Assembly (NCBI RefSeq): GCF_001194135.2
Contig: NC_068984.1
Coordinates: 106,502,150-106,550,384, forward strand
Source of the DNA: Octopus bimaculoides
Taxonomy: Eukaryota
Length of the DNA stretch: 48,235 bases
Direction of reading: 5' to 3'
Notes under the pieces: model-generated
Told to the model about the DNA's origin: nothing
Database searches by the model: none
Seen by the model: the letters and a program-made list of their open reading frames with translations, nothing else
Part shown: positions 38,030 to 48,235 of the stretch, piece after piece
Position numbering within the stretch: the stretch's first letter is position 1
How the letters are laid out: every line of letters starts with the position of its first letter
Translations under genes and position numbers: made by a program

Positions 38030-39361
38030 NNNNNNNNNNTCCTTATAGTTTTCTTTCCTTATCTTTACGAACGGAAGTTTTGTCTGTGGCAAAAGACCAT
38101 ATCGTTTTCAGACTACTTTATTTTCCCTCTCCAACAATTATTTCTTTTAATTACTCGCTTTTCTTTTCAGAACACCCACACCTCCATTTACTCAGCTTAT
38201 AAAAACTATTGAAGCTGCATCTCTTCTTTAATGCATACTAGCTTTTGTGAAATTTCTGTTTCTCTTCCAAACTTTTCCCCCGTAAATCTTTTTCTTAATG
38301 TTAGAAGTCATATCAGTTGCCGATGTCTGTGTATGCTAGTTAATTTAAGTCTCATTATCTGGCAGTTTTAATTTTTATGCATGAGGTATTGAATATCATA
38401 ATATAATTTCTTTTATTTGGCCACCCTATTCAATTTGATTGTTATACCACGCTGATATCTTTCAATCTTTCTCAACTAACCAGATTGGATATCAGTGATT
38501 TGACATGTTTTTCATTAAACAATCATTTGTAAGTATTCTGTAGTTAAACACCAACTAATGGTTTGTTCAATTCTTTATTTCTATATATCACTTATATTTC
38601 TCTCAATTTTTTGTCAGCGTTCGTGTTTCTACAATTTTTCTGTATGCGAATGATTGAACAATTTTATTTGGAATCCATGCTGTAGACAGTCTATAGCTGC
38701 ATAGTTTTCTTCTCATTCTAGTTCATCTAAAATTTCTGCTCTTTCTTTTTCAGAGAAATACTTGATTGGTCTCTTTATTTTGGTCTCTTTATTTCTAGAT
38801 TTCACCTGATCCCTCAAGCAGAAACACTGTATCTCCTATTTTTCTTTTAACGGAATATCTCTTAGACTGATTTTAATTCTTGAATGTTGTATTCAACTTC
38901 TCACATTTTCTATTACTATATAACAAAGCAGTTTAAATTGTTTTATTTCACACTCTTAACATCTTTCCCTCTCTCTCTCATTCGATTTTCCCATGCTTGT
39001 CCATCCGACATTTATGTGAAAATCTCTCAATCATTCACTTGTCTGGCAAAAAGGATATACTCCAGAAGGATTCCTTCCATTATATCAGGGATAACAGTTC
39101 CAGATCTACTTTAGATCTAGAATATAGAAGATTAACAAGCAATAGAACTCTTCTGTGTATTTCACTAGGGTTTCCTTCAATAGTTCTTTGACTAGTCGTC
39201 GGAAACTCCTGCAATTATTATATCTTTGTCTATTATCAAGTTTCACAAACAGTCAAGGAATTTACATATGAAATCAAAAACTGTTTATTGTTTCTGAGGG
39301 TATATCGTCAACTTATGTACATATAAGAGGCCGTAACCTGCTTTGGTCGTAATTATTTTGA

Positions 39362-39570
39362 AGTAAGAATTTGCAGAATCTTTACAGTACTGGACAAAAT
39401 GCCTTGAGGTACGTTTTCCGACACTTTAACGTCAAGTCTCTCCAAGGTTGAATTTGTCTTTCATTATTCTCAGGTCGAGAAAATAAAGCATCAATCAAAT
39501 ACTAGGATCGATGTTATCAACTAGCCATCTCCCCTCAAAATTGCACCATAATTAGAAAGAATAATTATAT
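39362..39570 (+). mobile_element. tRNA-derived SINE (family 1), degenerate
   Basis: GCAGAATC..GGACAAAATGCC..TTTGTCTTTCAT..GGTCGAGAAAATAAAG..AATACTAGGATCGATGTTATC..CTCCCCTCAAAATTG. Confidence 0.45.
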
Positions 39571-39596
39571 TGTACTACTTCAGACCAAAAATAAAT

Positions 39597-40007
39597 TGTA
39601 GTGGCGTCTAATAGCAGACGCCATTTCCGGAGAGTTTATCTACGCATGCGCAGGGACTAGATCCGGAGGGAATACAGGAAGAGTCTCATGCGCATGCGTA
39701 GTCATCCATATCCAAGCGTTCGCGCGGATTTCACCCTCTGCTCGCTGACCTTCGAGGAGCCCAGATGTCGTAGCAGCAGCTCTCCGACAACCCAACACTG
39801 GAGCTCCACAGATAACCACGAGACTGCATTGACGGCGTCTCAGTAACCAAAGGGCGAAGTGCTGCCGAATTCCCTCCTAGTGTGAGCAGAATTCTATTGT
39901 AATAAATATTGTTGTGTTGATAGTTTAGAGCCTGCGTTCCGTTTTCTTCAAGAAATTTAATGTACGGGAGCGGAGTACACCTAATGGTGTATAACCACTT
40001 CCCTACA
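39597..40007 (+). repeat. 5' LTR (411 bp)
   Basis: TGTAGTGGCG...CCACTTCCCTACA; AATAAA at 39901-06. Confidence 0.97.
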
Positions 40008-40009
40008 AC

Positions 40010-40021
40010 CGGTGACCCCGA
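40010..40021 (+). other. Primer-binding site complementary to tRNA-Trp 3' end
   Basis: CGGTGACCCCGA, 2 nt after the LTR; 11/12 match to TGGTGACCCCGA (complement of eukaryotic tRNA-Trp ..UCGGGGUCACCA). Confidence 0.8.
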
Positions 40022-41014
40022 ATCAAGAACAAATGCAGACCGAAAACTCTGAACTACCGACCGATACTACACAAGCCGTCGCCTGTCTCACACATGCTTT
40101 CCACAGTAGCTTTAGACATCGAAGACAAGAATAACAACTCTCACTGCACAGTTTTTGTTTCGACTGTCGCACAACACAAAGGAAAAGAACTCACCGACGC
40201 AATGGACACCCACAATTCTTTCCACCTGCCAGAGAATGCAATGCAACCCCATGCACAGATCCACAAGAGAAACCGCTGACATAAGTACATACAGCATTTC
40301 GAACGACTATCGAACGAAGAACTAACCGGATAACTCTATGGAAGACCACGCGAGCAACGTTTTCAACAGCCATAGATTTGAACTTCCTTTGTATGCACCT
40401 ACTTTTGCATTTCAAATGCTACCTTTTAATTTTTCAGGACCAGGACACTTTCTAGCAAAGTTTGTCATTTTTGCTTGTTTCAATGTTTTTTTACTGCACA
40501 TCTTTACACGTAACACTCAATTCCGCGACGATTTTATTTCCGCGACAACTCATTTCACAAAAACAACTGAATTCAGATGCATATGTTTTTGAATGTTCTA
40601 TATTTTTATTTTTTTCTCTCGTTGGCCATTGGCATTGCACATTTCATGCACACGCGTTGCTCACCTGTTTTTATTGCATGGCTTCTACTACAGGTTCTCC
40701 TTTTGAATGTCTGCAATTTCTTTCTTCGCACGCACCCAGTTCTACACATGCACCACAAAATTATGTCTTTAGAGTTGTTATCATCATGTCTGTGCCCACT
40801 CAGCTCTTTTTCCCGACTCTGTGTACGTCGGATGTCAACTCATGCTCTCTGCGTTCTTGTCAGACACAACTTATCTCTGTTCGACCCCAGTTTGGTCACG
40901 AAGTTAACAGAGGAAATTGTCTGTCCAAGGCAACGCGCCAGCATGCCACACTGTCGACGTTCGGGCTAATCTTAGCAAATGCCCGCGACAACAACGCCAA
41001 ACACAATTCACTTC

Positions 41015-41550
41015 TGCACCCCTTCAAGGCATTTTCACGCAAAATGCAATCCTGGAAGAAAACTTTTGCTGATATCATAGATAGAGAATTCACACACTCA
41101 CTCGCATCAGCTTATTCCACAGCTGCAGGACTTTCTCTTGGTCTCACACAAATAGATACCAGGCCCGTTTCCGTCACGTCCACCTTGATTTGGTTGGACC
41201 ATTGCCAGTGAGTCGCGGTTTCAGATTTTCTAAGATCTGGTCGCTGACCACACACGTAACACAGCCAGCCAGTTTTCCAGCGACGACATCAACAGCATTG
41301 TTCAACTACGTACTACCAGCATCGTCGCCAACGTCAACATGATTTCTCCATGTACACAAGCAACCGCAGCACTTCTCAACTCTGTTAGTGTGAATCGCCT
41401 CACCACGAAATTAACAGCCAGAACTCAACCTGCGAAGAACATCTGTATCAAGAATCTGGCCCGGCATCGAAGCCTCAACTGCACGACAAGTGACTTANNN
41501 NNNNNNNATCTGGCCCGGCATCGAAGCCTCAACTGCACGACAAGTGACTT
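41015..41550 (+). pseudogene. Compressed Gypsy pol remnants (RNase H and integrase fragments)
   Basis: PFKAFSRKMQ...DREF is RNase H AFFSRKL..DREL-like. ARFRHVHLDLVGPLPVSRGFRF at 41163-41228 is the integrase core start, and LNCTTSDL resembles a later integrase segment. Spacing is far shorter than in intact pol. Confidence 0.7.
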
Positions 41551-42102
41551 AGCTCTGCCACAACCTTAACCTCTTATATACAGACTTTCAACTACTGTGT
41601 ACTTTAACTGAGAACTGGTATTTTCACATCCTGGTGGCTAGACTTCTAACGTACTTATTACAGACTCTTTTCTATGCTTTGTATCTCTTGCATTCACATA
41701 CATATATTTGTATACACACTCTTTGTTTACATGACGGCCTGTCTTATATTGTGTTTCATTGGACAATTTCAGTGCTTTCTTATCGAATATTTTCTTTCCT
41801 TTCAGGAAAAAACAAAAAAATCAGACTTTTACATCGCGTGATTCCAGTTTTCCTGGACAGTGGTCATCACGGTTGTTTTGTCATTGTCTATTTTAGTTTT
41901 CACTAGGTGGCACTTATTGCCCATTTACATGCATGTTTTCTTCCCTCAATTCTTTTGTACATTGCATGCATGTATCTCACCATTGTACATCATTTCTTTG
42001 ATTTTTCTTTATATATATTTGTGCCACATCTTGTGGGTGGTTCCGGTAGCCATCTTGCCTCAGGCGTCACTCCAATTTTTCCATTTTCGTGCTTCCGCAC
42101 TC

Positions 42103-42114
42103 GAGGGGGAGCCA
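42103..42114 (+). other. Polypurine tract
   Basis: GAGGGGGAGCCA immediately before the 3' LTR TG. Confidence 0.85.
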
Positions 42115-42527
42115 TGTAGTGGCGCCTAATAGCAGACGCCATTTCCGGAGAGTTTATCCACGCATGCGCAGGGACTAGTTCTGGAGGGAATACAGGAAGA
42201 GTCTCATGTGCAAGCGTAGTCATCCATATCCAAGCGTTCGCGCGGATTTCACCCTCTTTGCTCGCTGACCTTCGAGGAGCCCAGACATCGTAGCAGCAGC
42301 TCTCCGACAACCCAACACTGGAGCTCCACAGATAACCGCGCAACTGCATTGACGGCGTCTCAGTAACCAAAGGGCGAAGTGCTGCCGAATTCCCTCCTAG
42401 TGTGAGCAGAATTCTATTGTAATAAATATTGTTGTGTTGATAGTTTAGAGCCTGCGTTCCGTTTTCTTCAAGAAATTTAATGTACGGGAGCGGAGTACAC
42501 CTAATGGTGTATAACCACTTCCCTACA
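42115..42527 (+). repeat. 3' LTR (413 bp)
   Basis: Differs from the 5' LTR by 11 substitutions and one 2-bp indel (manual count). Confidence 0.97.
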
Positions 42528-42989
42528 AAATTTACTTAGCACAATTTAAGATTTTTAACGAATAAAATGTGACATTCTTTTCAAGTTTCTCGCCAGTGGG
42601 CTACAATAACATGTTTACTTGTTGCTTCGAATACTTTAGAATTTGATACATCATCGAAGGAAAAAACTAGTTGAAGTGTAAATGTCTTCAAGTAGAAATC
42701 TCTGTTTACAAAAAAAGTAACTCTATTAGTCGTAGCCCTATTCCTGCGCAAGTCGCTGCCCAAATCCAACGCTAAAAGCGATCCTTGTTCTATTCAGTAA
42801 CATAACTCAGTCATTCTTCATAGTCTACTCAAATATTGCCATGAATCGCTCTGGTCATACTCCAGAAAATAGACACTCAATGATATGACACAAATCCACA
42901 GAGCACGTACAATACGCAGTCAGCAATTAATAAAATTAAAGCATGTACAATAAGATAATGGTCATCCGCTAATATAACGTACTTAATAT

Positions 42990-43355
42990 GAAATAAAGTC
43001 TTCGGAGGGGCGATGCATAGCCTGTCTGCGCAGAAGGAAAAACATAAAATTTAATTCAATAAATACATTCTCAAACGAATTCATATTTCAACAAAATAAC
43101 ATCCAGAGTTATTTCCCCTACTTTTTGTTTATGCATATTTAACAAAGAATAAAAAAAAAACATTTTGATTCATCCGTCCGCCAGTTTTGTAGATAAACCA
43201 AAATTTAATGAGTTTGAGCCAATCACCCAATGAGTATTTCTACCAAATTTGTTGAAAATCCGTTCAACCTTTTTCCAGTAATTTTGCAAACGCACAGACA
43301 AACAGACGAAGACGAGCGACTACAAAAACCCTGCATCAATTACGCGCACAGGATA
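42990..43355 (+). mobile_element. Possible Helentron-associated non-autonomous element (HINE/DINE-1-like)
   Basis: TACCAAATTTGTTGAAAATCCGTTCAACC..ACAGACAAACAGAC microsatellite-like core, then a small terminal hairpin CCTG..CAGG. Recognised by pattern only. Confidence 0.35.
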
Positions 43356-43551
43356 AGGCATGCAATTTATAATCTGCACAAAATACCATCCGATAATATA
43401 TCTCATACAGTAAATTCTTTATATAAACACCATAAAATCACTGTAACACAAGAGACACGGAGCATAATCATCACCCAACCAAATGACCTAACTCACATAG
43501 CATATTTTTGGATTAGAAAGAAAATATAAACCCCACAATGTGTGTGTGTAT

Positions 43552-43762
43552 GTATGTATGTCATTATTCAATTTTATTTCAAGATTTCTTGCCAATAGGG
43601 AATGAGTCGGTTTCTAACCTAGATCCAAGGCTCCTTCGTAGGAATTTCAACATCAACAACAGGGTATTTTTGTATGTATGTATGTATGTATAGGTGCAGA
43701 TTCGTATGTTTTATGTATGTCTTTTTATGCATATACTTGCATATCTAGACATGCTCATATAT
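43552..43762 (+). repeat. ~210-bp interspersed repeat, copy 2
   Basis: About 85-90% identical by eye to 36008-36225, same orientation. Confidence 0.9.
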
Positions 43763-44854
43763 ACTTAAATGCATGTATGCATCTATGTATGAATGAATGA
43801 ATGATGATAGTTGAAATTATATTCTTAAAACGTACAAAGCAAGGTATAAAACTAGAAGGTATTCATAAGATGGACCACATGGGGAAGCAACATTGATATC
43901 ATCAAATCATTGCCAGGGTTATTAGCCACAATCACAAAACAATCGGAAAAAAAACATCTCTTTGTTAGATACTGGATGACCATTAGAAATTCATGGCACA
44001 CAATATATTTGTTTTAGATTTTCCTCGTAAAGATCAAAAGTTTTTGTTATGACTTCCAAGAAACACATAGGTGCATAGTGAGAAAAAGATTTGCACTTGC
44101 TGAGTAAAGTGTGCGCGCGCATGTATGTATGGACGTGTTCACGCGTATGTGTCCGTGCGCGTATATGCTGTCTGTGTCAAACTGCTTGTGTATTCCATGG
44201 AGATTAGAGGTTTGCAGATATTCTGTCTTCTGATTAATTTGATTGTGCAAAAGTCTTAGTGAAATCTATAAAACCTCCGATTTACTGATTAAGAGTCTCC
44301 TGTTTAAAGAATTTGTTCGCAAGGAAATATTATCGCTACTGCTGTCTATAGACACTTAATAAAGAATATGATAGAACATCATCAACAAACGACTCTGAAT
44401 ATTTTCTATTATTTTGATGGATCAGCTATTACGACACATCATATCTACTATATCTAAACCCTAAAAGATTAAGAAAAGTTTGACAAATTTAGTTTAATCT
44501 GAAGTGTTTGACAGAATTTGAAACATGCATTTATTTGATAGTGAAATATATGTCCTGGGGTAAAACATTATCGAATATGAAATTACTTTTCCATATTCAA
44601 CTCTGAAATTATTAATATGTGAAAATGATAACTATTAGGAGTTATGCGAACCAAGTATTTCAATAAAAGTTTAGTAGACTATACCTTCAAATTAACAATG
44701 CATTTAACTGCATGCTTTTCATGCAGAAAATACCCTTGGGGAAAATTTTCCTTTGCCGTTAATTTGCATTGCCATCTCAGCGAAATAATTCATCATGAAA
44801 CCTATATGCACATCGAAGTCAGTATATGATCTGGCATCTGTATATTTAATATTC

Positions 44855-44906
44855 TTCGCTGATGAGCCTAATAAGACCGAAACATATAAAATTATTAATG
44901 TCCCAA
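44855..44906 (+). ncRNA. Type I hammerhead candidate, intact core with eroded stems
   Basis: CTGATGA(44859-65), GCCTAATAAGACC (stem II, ancestral GGCCT-AATA-AGGCC?), GAAA(44879-82), stem III ACAT/ATGT, GTC triplet (44900-02), stem I TTCG/CCAA (3 of 4 pairs). Confidence 0.5.
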
Positions 44907-45805
44907 CCAAAATTTAGGCTTGCGTCTTCATTTAAATTTTGGTCAATTGAAATTTTAGATTACCTTCGAGAGATACTTTGAAGATGTATATTCATTAAAG
45001 CTATTGATATATGGCATTTTGTTAAATACAGTTTTTATTTTAATTGATTAAAGTGATTTTCTACTGTAGAAGTCTGTACTTAAACATGTTTTTCACGCAG
45101 AAAATACACTTGAGAAATTCTTCATTAGATACCTTTGTATTTACTACACAATTGACAGATGCCGCTGTCAAAGAAAAAAATAATAAAAAAGAAAGCAAAC
45201 CTAATGATAAAACGTTAATAATGATTACCGATGTATTTTCACTGAAATAACAAAGCTGTAGACAAAAAAATTAGTCTCTGATAGATGTTGTCAGAAGAAA
45301 TAGCGTTCTTTGCAATGTTTAAATGAAAAGAAAAATCTTGAACTGAAATAATGGATGAATGACGGCTGCATGCGATGAATTACATCTGTTTCCTCTAATA
45401 TAACATGAATCTGCTTTCAATACTGACAATCCGAGACACTAAATGGTTCTAGCTGCTAAGCCAGACATATTACTTTAGTGATGCTATTCAACCTTGTATA
45501 TACAATAAGTAAAAGAAAAATTAAAAAAACAACCTTTAGATAATTGTCTTCATGACTTACTGATTTACAGAGTTCAAACTTACATATTGATATTTCCTTT
45601 TCAGAGAAACTGTTTATAGTTGTAGAAATTTGAATAAAGGATTAACACAGTATACATGCAGCAATAATTACACTTTTATCACGATACAAAAATATAATAT
45701 ATTAAGAAGAAACTGTTATATAGACTTAATTTTATATCGATAAGCACTCGCTGAAACAATCTAATATGTAATTTTCTAATTATACCTTTGTATATAAGCG
45801 TTCCC

Positions 45806-46779
45806 AATGAAATCAGAAACAGAGGGGTTTATCATAGCAGCCCAAGATCAATGCCTACCTACAAAGAACTACCAGGCCAACATATTAAAGACCGGCAGCT
45901 CCCCATTATGTCGTATATGTCAACAACAAAATGAGACCATCGATCATGTTGTCTCCATGTGCAGTCTGCTTGCGCCTACAGAGTATCTCAACAGGCATGA
46001 TAGGGCTGCACAATATATTCACTGGGTAATATGCAAAAACCTGGACTTGCCCCATGATAAAAACTGGTGGGAACACAAACCACCCCCAGTACTTGAAAAT
46101 GATAACATTGCACTCCTCTGGAACTTCACCATTCAAACTGACAGAAAGATAGACGCAAATAGGCCAGACGTCATACTGAAAGACNNNNNNNNNNNNNNNN
46201 NNNNNNNNNNNNNNNNNNNNNNNNNNNNNNNNNNNNNNNNNNNNNNNNNNNNNNNNNNNNNNNNNNNNNNNNNNNNNNNNNNNNNNNNNNNNNNNNNNNN
46301 NNNNNNNNNNNNNNNNNNNNNNNNNNNNNNNNNNNNNNNNNNNNNNNNNNNNNNNNNNNNNNNNNNNNNNNNNNNNNNNNNNNNNNNNNNNNNNNNNNNN
46401 NNNNNNNNNNNNNNNNNNNNNNNNNNNNNNNNNNNNNNNNNNNNNNNNNNNNNNNNNNNNNNNNNNNNNNNNNNNNNNNNNNNNNNNNNNNNNNNNNNNN
46501 NNNNNNNNNNNNNNNNNNNNNNNNNNNNNNNNNNNGATAGTGCTCATGGGAACTGCCCATATCCTACGTAAAATACTGTCTATGTGATCTCAAATTTTAA
46601 AGCAAACGCATAATTTTCTTATGGTTTCTTAAACATTCACTTGAACAAAACTGTACAAATCCAAATATATGGTACCCTAGGCATAACACCTACATGAACT
46701 TCTAACTTGTTGTCTCTTGAGGTCTCTGGGTGAGACTTGGATCGAACTTGTACAAATGCAAAACAAAATTCAAACATAA

Positions 46780-46812
<33 letters not shown>
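45806..46812 (+). mobile_element. 5'-truncated R4/Dong RLE LINE, copy A, with (TAA)n tail
   Basis: KSETEGFIIAAQDQ..CRICQQQNETIDHVVSMCSLLAPTEYLNRHD..WW..LLWNFTIQTDRKIDANRPDVILKD; gap 46165-46535; HILRKILSM*; 3' UTR; TAA tail at ~46777-46812. Confidence 0.9.
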
Positions 46813-46813
<1 letters not shown>

Positions 46814-47670
46814 GCTTCTGGCATAAAATCAGAAACAGAAAGGTTTATTATAGCAGCCCAAGGTCAATGCCTACCCACAAGAAACTACCAGGTCAACATA
46901 TTAAAGAGCGGCAGCTTCCCAACATATGTATGTCAACAACAAAATGAAACCATTGATCATGTTGTCTCCATGTGCAGTCTTCTTGCGCCTACAGAGTATC
47001 TCAATAAGCATGATAGAGCTGCACAATATATTCACTGGGTAATTTGCAAAAACCTGGACTTGCCCTATGATAAAAACTCGTGGGAACACAAACCAGCTTG
47101 AAAATGAACACATCTCACTCCTCTGGAACTTCACCTTTCAAACTGACAGAAAGATAGATGCAAACAGGTCAAACATTATATTGAAAGACTTCAGACAAAA
47201 ATCATGCCTCCTCATTGATATGACTGTCCCAGTCGATATAAATGTATCTGTCAAGACCTACCAAAAACTGAGCAATTATAACGATCTTGAGATGAAAATT
47301 GGGTAAATGTGCAGCCTGAAGACTAAAGCAATACCTGTTGTCATCGGTTCCCTAGGAATGATAGCAAAAGGGGCTAACTGCTACCTAGCTCAGATAGCAG
47401 GAAACCCCAAAATGGCAGAAATTCACAGGATATTGCTCATGGTAACTGCCCATATCCTACGTAAAATACTGTCTATGTAATCTCAAATTTTAAAAGAAAC
47501 TCATAATTTTCTTATTTTTTCTTGAACATTCTCTAGAACAATACTATGTATAAAACCAAATATATGACACCCTCGGCATAACACCTACATGAACTTCTAA
47601 TTTGTTGTCTCTTGAGGTCTCTGGGTGAGATTTGGAGCCAACTTGTATAAATACAAAGCAAAAGTCAAAC

Positions 47671-47761
<91 letters not shown>
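46813..47761 (+). mobile_element. 5'-truncated R4/Dong RLE LINE, copy B, with ~30-unit (TAA)n tail
   Basis: GIKSETERFIIAAQGQ..ETIDHVVSMC..LIDMTVPVDINVS..KL..Y.DL..IPVVIGSLG; frameshifted; TAA run ~47672-47761. Confidence 0.9.
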
Positions 47762-47762
<1 letters not shown>

Positions 47763-48235
47763 GAGATCATGGAGAACCACACTGACGTTGAACAATGACA
47801 ATGCATCTCTAACTGCTGGAGATGTAAGAATTTCATGTGGCATTTCCAGGGTGATTCACTATCACCACTCCTCTTCTGTCTAGCCCTAATACCGCTCTCA
47901 AAATTGCTCAATGATGCACAGTATGGTTATAAAATATTTGATAAAAATATAAATCATCTCATTTACATGGATGATTTAAAGCTCTTTTCAAAAAATGACC
48001 AACAACTCAAAGGCCTACTAGCGATTGTTAAACAATTCAGTGATGACATCAGGATGCAATTTGGCCTTGATAAATGTGCAAAAGCTACCTTTATCAAAGG
48101 AAAAATGACAAAACCATCTAATGTGAACCTTGACCAGCAAAATGTCATAAAAGAGTTAGAACCAGCGGAGAGCTACAAATACCAAGGGGTAATTGAAGGG
48201 GACAATATCAAGTATTCAGTGATGAGGGAAAGGAT
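47762..48235 (+). mobile_element. 5'-truncated R4/Dong LINE, copy C, reverse transcriptase domain (runs off window)
   Basis: After a 1-nt deletion in GIFQ: QGDSLSPLLFCLALIPLSKLLN..INHLIYMDDLKLF (YMDD at 47964-75)..FSDDIRMQFGLDKCAK..YKYQGV. Confidence 0.92.

Larger units (their letters stand above)
39597..42527 (+). mobile_element. Full-length non-autonomous Gypsy/Ty3-type LTR retrotransposon, 2931 bp, TSD AAAT
   Basis: Two TG..CA LTRs (39597-40007, 42115-42527), PBS and PPT. Identical 4-bp AAAT at 39593-96 and 42528-31. The 2.1-kb interior holds only scattered pol remnants. Confidence 0.95.

Noticed and set aside
37473-38202. Poly-N/T, poly-L and poly-V ORFs
   Set aside because: Translations of (ATT)n and (TAG)n microsatellites.
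38200-39100. Possible very old L1/Tx1-type LINE remnant on the minus strand (YPFCQTSE..)
   Set aside because: Only one weak motif, and no collinear domains could be traced.
41454-41551. ~44-bp direct duplication inside the LTR element
   Set aside because: It flanks a 10-N gap (41498-41507), the same assembly artefact.
47544-47911. Poly-Y and poly-I ORFs on the minus strand
   Set aside because: Antisense translation of the (TAA)n LINE tail.

Overview
AT-rich eukaryotic DNA with dense microsatellites and about 15 N-gaps, most abutting simple repeats, as expected of a short-read assembly. The SINE families and repeat density look like an octopus/cephalopod genome; this is from memory and was not checked against a database. 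I find no host protein-coding gene: the long ORFs in the track are artefacts of N-runs and microsatellites. The window is mostly transposon remnants. These are R4/Dong-type RLE non-LTR retrotransposons (clusters at both ends, including a head-to-tail array joined by (TAA)n), two Tigger/pogo remnants, three Tc1 fragments, two Penelope-like (GIY-YIG) remnants and about ten tRNA-derived SINE copies. There is also a complete 2.9-kb non-autonomous Gypsy-type LTR element with paired LTRs, tRNA-Trp PBS, PPT and AAAT TSD. The most notable hidden signals are: (i) several hammerhead-ribozyme-like three-way junctions (23101, 27113, 36263, 44855, plus weaker ones), two sharing a TTCCA/TGGAA stem I; (ii) a ~1.15-kb imperfect palindrome whose arms end in outward-facing hammerhead motifs; (iii) a ~352-bp tandem unit with a hammerhead remnant (retrozyme-like); and (iv) a degenerate ~29-bp minisatellite possibly derived from a SINE. 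All folds and alignments were done by eye and need computational confirmation.
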